From positions 62,001-126,000 of the forward strand of contig JAPMXV010000011.1 of NCBI GenBank assembly GCA_026936335.1: a stretch of DNA of 64,000 nt, given 5' to 3'. The notes below the pieces were generated by a model. That model ran no database searches and was not told where the DNA came from. It saw only the letters and a list, made by a program, of their open reading frames with translations. Both the position numbers and the translations under genes were made by a program. Below, piece after piece: positions 37,635-48,207 of the stretch (the stretch's first letter is position 1; each line of letters begins with the position of its first letter). The DNA is from Mantamonas sphyraenae STR306 (Eukaryota; Protista; CRuMs).

Positions 37635-40633
37635 AGAGGATGTTGCGGCTCCGTTCGCAGACGACCTCCGTCCCACACGTCGAGCTCAACCATGCGCTGG
37701 CGTGCGGCAATGGCCGACTTGAGCATGTGCGTAAACACGTGGTCTTTCGGTGGCTGGTCGCCTGCACTCGCAAACCGGGAGGCAGACGGAGGCAACGGCG
37801 GATAGCCGCTTCCGCCGCCGCCTACAGATGCACCCAGGGAAGAAGGCGGGGGAGGCGACGGCCCCGTTTGCGTGCGATAGGATGCTGGCGATGCGCCTAG
37901 ATCCATTTCGTTGAGCGAGCCTGCGTCGGTGTGTCCATGCGAGCGTTGCGCAAAAACAAACGGCACGGCATCCACAGACGACGCCGTCGATTCAAACACG
38001 TGCTCGCTGGTGTCACTCATGCGATCGTCCACCGCCCCATCGATGTTGATCTCGATGTCTGCTCCCGCTTGTAGATGCGGCTGCAGCTGCCCACGGTCGC
38101 GTTCGTCGCTGCTTCGTGTGCTATCTCCATCCCCGCCGCCGCCACCGCTGCTGCTACTGCTGGACATCGTCGCAGCCAGCATTTGTTGGGCAGCCAGCCG
38201 ACCCAAGATGGAGTCGTCTGCGGAATAGTTGCTGTTGAGACCCAGTACGTAGCGTGTGTTTGGGTCCAGGACGTAGAATTGGTTGATGGCACGCAGGATG
38301 ATGTCCACGTCGCATACTTTGCTGCTGTACAGGTGTGCACTCAGGTGGTAGACCACCATGGCGCACATATAAGTGGCCACCGAAGTGCCCGAGTATCCGC
38401 GTGGGTCGTGCTGCGCGCGGCTGCGTTTGGGAGTGCGCTGGCCGTGCTTGTGGTGGTGACTGCCCTTTTTGCTGCTAGTGGTCAGTTTATTGACCTTGAT
38501 GTTCACAGCGGGCAGAAACAGGTCCACCGGCTCGCCAAAGTTGGACCCGCTGTGGATGTCACTGCTCGCTCGCCACCGTACAAACCCATACAACCCGCCA
38601 CCGCCGGTACCACTGCTGCTGCTGTTGGACTCCTCCACACTGCTGGATATCCTCGTGACGCTCTGCTTGCCAGTCGTGCTGGTTTCACCGTCGACTTCGC
38701 TGGACTTTGCATCCAGCGGCTGGCTACAGCCGACGGTCAGCACATTTGGGCAGCACGCAGGGTAGGCATACTGCCGCGGAATCGAAATGTCGCGGTTGTG
38801 GTTGCCAGCTGCACAGATGGGCAGCACGCCGGCGCCCACCACGGCGTCGATGCCGTCCTGCACGAGCTGCAGCTGTTCCGGCACCAGATTTTCGATGCTC
38901 CACGCACACAGCATCAGCTTGCGTGCGTGTCTCTCTTCTTCCAGCTTGGCGATCCGCGTCACTGCGTCCAACGCGTCCACAATTGTCGCCACGCTGTCCG
39001 TCACCACAATGGGAATGATCTTGGCGTACGGCATCATGTCCTGCAGCAGGTGGTATGCGTACGGGTGGCCCTCCACGCTGCCGTATTCCTGTTCGATGAT
39101 GTCCTGATGTCTGCCAAACACCTTGACCTTGGGGCCAAGGCTCTCGAAGCTGGCGGGAGGTTCGAGCAGAAACACTGTAAACTCACCGTCGAGCTTGTCG
39201 TGCAGACGCGACTGGAACAGGAACGGCTGCATGTGTGGGTTGCTTTCCAGGAACGCGCTGCCCTTGGGCGTGCACGTCACAAAGTCCACCAGCTCGTCGG
39301 CTGTGTCCAGGAAGCTCACCGACGCCTCCGAGCCTGCTTCGCCGCTGTCGTACACACCGACCACCTCGTCAAAGTCGTCGTCAAAGTCATCCAGCACACA
39401 GTCAAGAAAGTCGCGTTCGCTCAGCGTCAGTGATGCCGAGTCGTCGTCCGTCGTGGTGCTCGAGCTTGCGTCGTCGTCCAGCGCCGCCTGTGCGCGCGCA
39501 TACGCCGCGTACTCGTTATAAATAGTGTTGTTGTCGCCGCTGCCACTCCTGCTATGGCCACTCATCTTGCCCTCGCCTGCGTTGCCGCCACTGCTGCTGC
39601 TCCCCTTGCCGCTGCTGCTGCTCACGGACGTCTCGAACACAAAGTCCGACTTGTGTGTCTCGTTTTGGCTCTCGCCGCCTGCTTTTTGTCCCTGCAGGCC
39701 CGCGCCCACGTTGCCCAGCTGCATCGTTTGCAGCATGCTGTACATCTGGCTCACGTCTTCCATCGATGCCTGGAAACCGTGCGTCTGGAACTTGCGGGAT
39801 TGCTCTGTGGACAGCGCAAACGAGTGTCAGCAAATGGGTCCCGTTTTTTTTTTCCGAGAGATGGAAAGCCCTCTCGCTTGGCCCTTTCCACGGCCGGTGT
39901 TCTTTCGCCACCGCACGGGGCACACACACGTGCGGATGCATGCATATGCACATGTGTGCATGTGCACGGCATGCGCGCTTCACATACGCCTGTGCATGTG
40001 CTCGCTTGGTCACGCACACGTGTGCGGCGCGCAGCGGAAGCGAGCGGACGAAAATGGAACGGTGGAGAGCAACGTCGCGCGACTTTCGGCAGGCTTACCT
40101 TGCGGATAGGCAGTCACGAGCACAGAAATATACAGAGAGCAGTTCAGCTGCGGGTAGCACTGTCGAAAAGTGGCCTTGATAAAGGTGTGGCACGAACACT
40201 GCGTGTGCATGAGACTGTAGACCAGGAACGGAACGGCCCGAAGGATCTGTCCGCTGCCGCCGACCTCTACGCCTCCAGCCTGCATGCTCTGCGGCTGTTC
40301 GATGTACCTCAGCGACGCACCCTGGATGGCCTTGAACACCAACGGGTGGTCAGCAATGAACGTAAACGGATCACTGATGTCCGGGAACATGTGCTTGTCT
40401 GTGTCTTCCTGCACCGTCGCCTCCACCAGCACGGGTGTCGACTCGGCCGAAATGGCCAGCAGGCTGTCGTACTTGCCCTGCGTGTCCTCATCCAGCATCT
40501 GCACCACATCCGACGTGCTCACACTTCGGATGGCTGCGTACACCTCCTCCACAATCTGCTGCTCCGTCACCGCCTTTTGCACCTCGTGGACATTTGTCAA
40601 CGCCTCTTGCAAGGCATTCGTATCCACAAACAT
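33627..40633 (-). CDS. Putative ~2,240-aa protein: N-terminal domain + divergent S8 subtilase + unknown/GTPase-like domain + polytopic membrane domain (intron 40098-39805; joined across apparent frameshift ~37677)
   Basis: The intron splices in frame (YPQ|EQSRKF...MEDV). S8 motifs VFLLEP, EGHPYA, CAAGN, YPACCPNVLTVG, SNFGEPVDLFLP, SGTSVA. More than 10 hydrophobic segments at ~33650-35250. It could instead be two genes split near 37.6 kb. Confidence 0.7.
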
Positions 40634-40901
40634 GTGCGCAGGGTGGGTTCTAGCTATGGTTTTGCTGTTCAGCAGAGAGAAGAAAAAGAAGGGGTTCGGT
40701 TGAATTGGTTGCCTGCTCGCCCGCGATGCTCCTCCTCTCATTCCTGTGTACATTCTGTTCCTCCGAGACCTCGCCCACACGTGTGGGAATCCGATGCAAA
40801 GAGCCTGTGAGGTCGTACGACGCTTTGTAAACCTGCGGGGTGTTGCCTTGCGCGCCTGCGGCCACAACAACACCCGCCGCCCACGAACCATGCACAGATC
40901 C

Positions 40902-42281
40902 ATGGCAGGGAGAGTGAGCGGCACCCAGCCGCCACCCATCCTGCAGAGAAGCACCTGTGGGGCGCGGGAGGCCATAGCAGAGGCAATGGGCGCGTGCGAG
41001 TCGGGCGAAGCCCTGTCCACGCGGCAGGTGCATCGCGACGACGTGGATTTCGACACGCCGCTGCCCTTTGCCTCCACAGCCACCACCGCGTTCTTCCAGC
41101 ACAACCCGCACTTGCTCGACACTCTCCTGGAATGCGAGCAGCACGCGGCACTGAAAAACCGTCTGCTGGTCTTTCTGCTGGAGCCGGCAAACTCGTTCCG
41201 CTCGCTCAGCGCAGCCCTCAAGCAGCGTGTACAGCCAAAAGGCGCTCTTGACTCCGATCGCTACCAAATCAGCGACGAAGGCCACCCGTTTGCCTTTTCC
41301 CTCCTTCGTGACATGATGCCCTACGCCGTCATCGTACCCATTGCAGTGTCCAACCGCATGGGCACCATTCTGGACGCCCTGGACGCAGTCACCAAGTTCA
41401 GCACACGGCCCAAGTACGCTCACTGCCACAAAATCATGCTTTGCTCATGGGTCATCCGCACCTCAAACAGCAAGCTTGTCTCTGCCCTCACCGACAGTTT
41501 CAACCGCGTCGTCGATGCGGGCGTCCTCGCCTTTTGTGCCGCTGGCAACGATCATTTGTTGCTCGCCGATTCTCAAGTGTCTGCCCTTTCCCTCGCCGTC
41601 GACCAGCCATTCCATCCACGCCGACGCGACGACTCGGTGCGCTCCCTCTCCTCCGCATCGACATTTCCCTCCATGAACACAGATGCCACAGGCTCCAGCG
41701 ACGGCGCAGGCGGCTTTGGCAAAGAAGAGGCGGAAGAGCAGGTCGCCACCATTGGCGTGTACCCGGCCTGCCTGCCCGAAGCCATCACCATCGGCTGCTG
41801 TGACACCGGAGGCCGCTCTCTATGGGTGCCTCTGCCTGGCCAGCTTGGTTCCAACCATGGGCCCTGTGTCGATCTGTATCTACCGGCCATCAACATCAAC
41901 ACCGCTTCGGGCGCCAAGTCCGGCACCAGCATGGCCACCTTTCTCGCTGCCGTCATGATGTATCACATCCTCGCTGCTCAGCCCGACCATGTGTTTACCT
42001 CCAAACACCTTGTTATCCGCCACCTACGCGCCTACTACCACTTTGGCGCCACACGCTTCCTCCTCGGCGCACGCACACGCGGTAAGTCCACCTGCCATGC
42101 TGGTTTTGCACAGCACACACCCAGAAACTGTGTTTACATCGCCTCTCGCTCACACACACACACACACACAGACATCCAATACGTTGCCGCAGACGCAAGC
42201 CCGTTTTCCTCTGCCTCGTCGTCGACTTCCACGTCCTCGCGGAGCACAGGATCCTCCTCCTCATCATCCTCCTCCTCCTCC

Positions 42282-42316
<35 letters not shown>

Positions 42317-45300
42317 GCTTGCCCTGAGTGGGACACAGCCACAGGAGACGACACGACGCCGTGTGCAGCAGCTGCGCGGTGGCAGGAGACAATTGCCAGC
42401 CACCCTTACGCCGCAGCTGAACCTGGATGGCCTGATGGGCAGCACGCAGGCTCGTTTTGTGGAGGATTTGATTTGGAGGGGCGAACTGCTGTACGTATTG
42501 ACCCTCCTGGAGCAGATGGACTTTCCTTCCGGCGCAACATACCTGAGCACAGGCACGCAGGAAGACGAGACGGGCGATGAGAAGGCCCAGGATTACGTGG
42601 GTGGAGACGTGCACGACGACACACTGGACATGAACGACCTGTGCCTGATGCCACTGAACGAACACGGGTGGCAGTTTGTGCACCTGGCTGCCTTTCTGGG
42701 CGACACAGACGCCATGCGATGGCTGGTGGACAACTACGGATGCAGTTTGGGTGCAGTGACGACGTGGGGGGCACTGACGGCCCTGCACATTGCCGCGTGG
42801 CATGGCCACTTTGCGCTTCTGCAGGTGATGCACACCATGTCCGCTGGCGCATGGGCAGGCTGGCAGTTTGACGTGGATGCACGAAGCAGCAACCAGTACA
42901 CGCCACTGTTGCTGTCGCTCATGTCCGGCCACGACAAGCCGTCCGTGTATCTGGTGCGTGTCATGCGTGCCGATCCCAGCGTCGTGGATCACCTGCGCCG
43001 CAGTACCCTGGACCTGGCCCTTATGCAACGCCTGGAAATGTGTGCCACGTTGCTGCTGACCAGAGGCATCCCCGTGCAGCCTGCACAGGTACCCACGGCC
43101 GTGGCTCTGCTGCAGGCCATCCACAACGCAAACAAGCACCGCCACGCTCAGCAGGACCCCATCGAGTGCCTGCGACTCTTTCGCGTTGGCGAACTGCTGA
43201 ACACACCCAACGGCAGTGCATCGGAGGAAGAAGCCCTGGCCGTCCTCGAGCAGCTCGCCTATTTGCCTTCCACCATTGTCGAGCTTGACCTCAACCATGC
43301 CTTTAGCAACGCCTCACCGGCCGTCCAGCCGGTTCTGCCCGTCGTGGCGCACGCCATGGAGAAGCGAGCGGCCATAATGGCCATTGTACAGCGAGAAGAG
43401 CAGGCAAAGAAGCAGATGGAGGGTAATGTGGCGCAGGAGGAGCAGGGCGACGACGACGACGACGACGACTTTGACACGCTCTCCCGCTGCGGAGACTACC
43501 GCCTGGCACTGGCCCACAACCAAATTTCCATGCTAGATGCATCGGTGGGCACACTGCAGGCACACGGAGACAACTGGTTGCACCTGACCGAGCTGGATCT
43601 GAGCAACAATCGGCTGAGCCACCTGGACCTGAGTGGCCTGTGCAACCTGAGCGTGTTGAACCTGTCACGCAATGCGCTGGAACAGGTGGATCTGCAGCCG
43701 CAGTGGCCTTTGGTGTCGCTGGACCTGTCATACAACCAGCTGCACGTGGTGCCGATTGCTCTGCGCACCCACAGCTTTGCCCAGCTTGCTCAGCTGTCGT
43801 TGCGCTTCAACCACCTGTTGGAGGTGGGACTGGGCGACGTGGCCATGCCTGCGTTGCGCGAGTTGGATCTGAGCAACAACGAAATCGACTCGGTGCGGTT
43901 CAGCAAGTCGTTTCAGCAGCTGGCCGTGCTCACCCTTTCACACAACAAGCTGACCTCCATCCCCACCTCCGTGCTCGATCTGTACCACCTGCACACTCTG
44001 GACATCAGCAACAATTACATCACCGACCTGCCCGTGGGCATCCTACGCCTCTCGCGCATGGTGGGTCTCCGCGTACAACCCATGCACGCTGTCTGGCAAA
44101 CGCCTCCCCAGCGCCTGCTCGCGGAACACGCAAACGATCCGTACAAGCAGACCCGCGTGGCCATGAGCTACATGCAGGCCTTGGGCCACACGGTCATGCA
44201 ACGTTCCCGCGTCACCTTTCTCACCGACAACCGACGCATGGGTCAAACCAAGGGTTTGGTGCACTCCTTGCAGGGCGCCGCCTCCACACAGCCTTCGTCC
44301 AACATGAGTGTCCACCTCCTCAAGCGCATGCGCAACATGTTCAACTTTAACCAAACGTCCACCCATCAGGCGGGCGGCGACAGCCAGCGCGTGTCCCAGC
44401 GCACACCATCGCAGACCCAATCTCATCGCAGGCTCACAACGCTTGACGACACCGCCGACGCCGGCCTCGTCGCCAACGACGCCGACGCGACGAACCATGA
44501 GTACGGCGACGGTGGCGACGGCGAAAACAACGACGGCAGCAGCGACGAGCAGAGTGACGGGGACGGCAGAAGACGGCAGCGTGACACCGAGGACGAAAGC
44601 AATGGCGCAGTGACACGTGAGGACAATGAGAGCAACGTTGGTGGGCATGTGGAGGACCAGGACGACGAGGACGACGAGCTGCAGAATGGATCGTTGGCAA
44701 CCACGCTGCTGCTGGCATCGACATCGACCAATCCGCAGGCGGCGCTGAGGCATTTTGGACCGTTCCATGTGCAGGTGCAACGGTATCTGACCAGTGGAAA
44801 CGGCGTGCTGAATCTGTGGCAGTGGAGTGGCCACGAGGCGGCGCAGCCTAGTCTGCCCTTTCTGGTGCAGCAGAGCAACGGCGTCATTGTGCTTGTGTCC
44901 CAACTGGCACAAGACGACGAAGACATGCACCGCTTCTGGGATCGGTACCGCTATTGGCTGCATCGCATTTGGATCAGCGTGCAGGAGGCCAACGACCTGA
45001 TGCTGGAGGATGCCGAACGCAGCCATGTGGGCGCCGTCTTCCACGAGGAGGACATGTTTGGGTCCACCACAGAGTTGGCCGAGTACGACAGCGAAGCATT
45101 CCGTACAAACACCACCGCGTTTTCCTCCATCGGCTCCCTGGACTCGTTGGGCTCGCACGCACGGTCACGTGGCGACATGTCCTTCTGGAAGAAGGTTACG
45201 TCGCGTGCCAAGGCCAACCTGGGACGCGGGGGAGGCAACAATGATGGCGGTAGCAGCAGCAGCAGCAGCAGCCATCACCAGCAACATGCCTCTTCTCACA

Positions 45301-47372
45301 ACGCGCTCCTGGACGCCTTGCAGGCGGCCCAGGAGGAGCTTGACCTCGTGCGCAGCACGACCAACGAGAACAACGCCAACACGTACGGACGCAGGGGACA
45401 ATTGGGAGGACAGCAGCATCAGTTGCAGGGAAAGCGAGGGGGAAAGGATGTTCTGATGGTGGGGGGAGGACGTGCGACGGGCACAGGCACGGGAACTGGG
45501 GGTGAGGACGAGGGCGAGCAACAGCGCCAGGAGCATCTGGCCAACATTGTGCGAGACACGCGTCCCACAATTCTGCTTGTGGCCACACACCGGGGTTCGG
45601 TGAACTACGAACCGGACATGAGCCAGGAGCGCGTGATGGAGTTGATTGACGAGGTGCCGGGGCTCAAGGTGATTGCAGACCCCGTGGTGCTTGTGGACGG
45701 TGATCTGAGCAAGATCCAAAATGCCATCAGCCGGGCCATGATGAGTGTGAACGGGACGCCGCAAGACGAGCCGGAGTTTACGTCGTATGTGTTCAATTGT
45801 GTGCAGCTTGTGCTGCGCCGTGTGGTTGCACAGGGACGCACTCCCATCGTGGGCTGGGACGAGTTTGTGCACCTCATCGACGAGGAGGGCAAGCCACCCG
45901 TAACCGAATCCCAGCTCTACGCCATCATGCGCACCTTGCACGAAAGTGGCGACATCACATTGCACCGCGCAGATCTGCTGCGTGAAGCCATGGTCGATGC
46001 AGGTGCACAGGGCAGCAGTCCGCTGCTCTCGTCACGCAACGTCGTTGTCGTCCTCGAGCCCCAATGGCTGGCCCAGCTCGTGAGCAACACCCACCACGTC
46101 GTCTCGTCCGTCGACACCCAAATGAGCGGTCTCGTCACACACCAGAGCCTGGGCAACTTTCGCTTCCGCTACAAGTATTCCTTCCGCGAGGACCACCGCC
46201 GTTCGGCGTCGTCACAATCTCCGTCCCAATCGCATTCCTCTGCCTCTGCTGCCTCTGCTGCTTCTGCTGCTTCGTCCATGGCGGGCGTGGCTGGCGACTC
46301 TGCCATCGCACAGTCTGGTGGTGCAGAGAGCAGCAGCCAGGGTGGTAGTGTCAGCGAGAACGACGAGGCCGGGGAAGGGGTGTCATCTTCCTCCTCGTCG
46401 TCTTCGTCTGCTTCGTCTGTGGCAGGGACAACCACGGAGCAAGGAAAAGGGTTTCTGGTTCCAGCAGAGGCCGGTGGCAACGAGACCCTGTTGAAGATCA
46501 AGCGAGAGGATGGCATGGTGCACATCACAGTGGATCACTGGTTGCGCTCCATGGACGTCCTTCAGGTGCTCTACATGGTTGGCATGTCCTTCCCGGTGCC
46601 TGTGGGCGTCAGCGAGCGTGGCATTGCCCTGCACTCGTACTTCCCCTGCGTGGCACACACAGGCGACCCGCGATGGCAGGTGGAAAAGGACGAAATTGCC
46701 ATTGGGCGTCGCATGCGCTGTTCGACACACCCCAAACGCTTCCCGCCCGGGTTCTACCACCGCATGCAGCTGTGTGTCCTGCGCAATGGCTGGCAACTGC
46801 CCACGGTCAGGCACATGTCGCGGCATGGCATGCATGTGCAGTGGACCAGCGCAGGCGACGATCAGGACAACGAGGATGCCTCGCAGCAGGCAGAGCAGGA
46901 TGATGGCGACACGGAAGCCTCGGCCCCCGTTCGTTTCGACTGCCTCCTGCAGTACTGGCCCCAATTGGACGCCGTGGACATGACCATCAAGGCAGCTGTG
47001 GGTACGATGAAGCTACAGGAGCTGTGTGACTCCATGTGGCTCCTGCTGCACTCGTTCTGCTTCTCCGCCGGCGTCGGCCTCTCCACACACGAACTCGTGG
47101 CCACAGAGGTGCATGACCGCACCTACGCAGGCTTTGTGCCGGCCAAGAGTCGCTCTGTCAACACAACGGCGTCGTCGGGGACGTCGGCAGGCACAGGGAG
47201 TGTCTCAACTGGATCGACCGCCACAGGCCCGTCCACAGCACGCACTTTGCCTTCCCAAAACCTCTCCCAACGCTCTGCAGACACCCGATTGGCCCTGGAT
47301 CGTGGCAAGGGTTACCGCCAAACCTTGGATGTGGACCGCGTGCCGATCGCAGAGACGCAAAACACGCTGTGA
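40902..47372 (+). CDS. S8 subtilase-ankyrin-LRR-degenerate Roc-COR (Roco-like) protein; intron 42082-42171; start uncertain (40794/40902/40986)
   Basis: S8: VFLLEP, EGHPFA, CAAGND, YPACLPEAITIG, SNHGPCVDLYLP, SGTSMA. ANK: LTALHIAAWHGH, YTPLLLSL. Several LxxLDLSxN LRRs. Roc-like LNLWQWSGHE, YWLHRI, ILLVATH. COR-like VVLEPQWL, FPPGFYHR. Confidence 0.85.
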
Positions 47373-47387
47373 GAGCCAACCTGAAGA

Positions 47388-48093
47388 ATGTACGTAATAT
47401 CTGCATACACACACACCATCCGCTTCCCCCTTGCTCTCTGCTGACACGATGCCGATCCTTACATTGCACCCTGTGCATTCCCAGGGCGTTGACGCTGACG
47501 GACTTGTTCCTCTCGGCGCTGCTGTTCATCAATGGCCTGGTCATCATTCGCAAGAGAGAGTTGCGCAAGGGTACGTGGCAGCGAGGCGCGACGGGGGGGC
47601 GTGGGAACAGGTCGGATGCAGTGCGTGTGTGCATGTGTGCGTGTGTGCATGTGTTGCACATGTTCCGGCGGTTGTACACGTCCAGCAGTGCACACGCACG
47701 TGGTGAGAGGCCGTCCATGCCAAAACGCGTGGCTCCGAGAGCCCTTCACAGGGCTTGTGTGTCACCGCCATATGCCTGAAACGCTCAGACTACACTTGAG
47801 TGGCATGTGGTGTTGTGCTGGCGTCCAATCACGAATGAGACGTGGTGCTTGCGCGTGTGAGAGGGAGGTGGGAAAGAGGAGGAAGCGCGCCGCTGACGTG
47901 GCTGGCCTCCACTCACACTGCCCTGCACCGTCACACAGTGGGCTGGATGCCACCCAAGAAGTCACAGGTGATGTATGATCCAACACCGTTCCAATTGCGC
48001 GTGCAAGAGATTGTAGTCCATCTCTCCAAGCTACAGGTGCTGCTCATCACTGCCAACGTCATCTCGGTTGTGCTGCTCGTCCTGTTTGGATGA
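47388..48093 (+). CDS. YOS1: Yos1/IER3IP1 ER-Golgi transport protein; introns 47390-47484 (inside ATG) and 47571-47938
   Basis: Spliced product MALTLTDLFLSALLFINGLVII...KVGW...LLITANVISVVLLVLFG* matches the family signature. Confidence 0.88.
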
Positions 48094-48207
48094 TGCGTCT
48101 CTGTGTCTCTGTGTTTCGCCTCCTCTCCTCCCCCTCCCCCTCCCCCCCTCATCCTCCTTGCATTCAATGAATCTCCCAAATTCCTGGCCCAGCCCAGACC
48201 AAAGCAA

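Noticed and set aside
33627-40633. Identification as a Dictyostelium TagA/B/C protease-ABC transporter or a gasdermin
   Set aside because: No Walker A/B or LSGGQ motif, no signal peptide, and the C-terminus is helical multi-TM rather than gasdermin-like.
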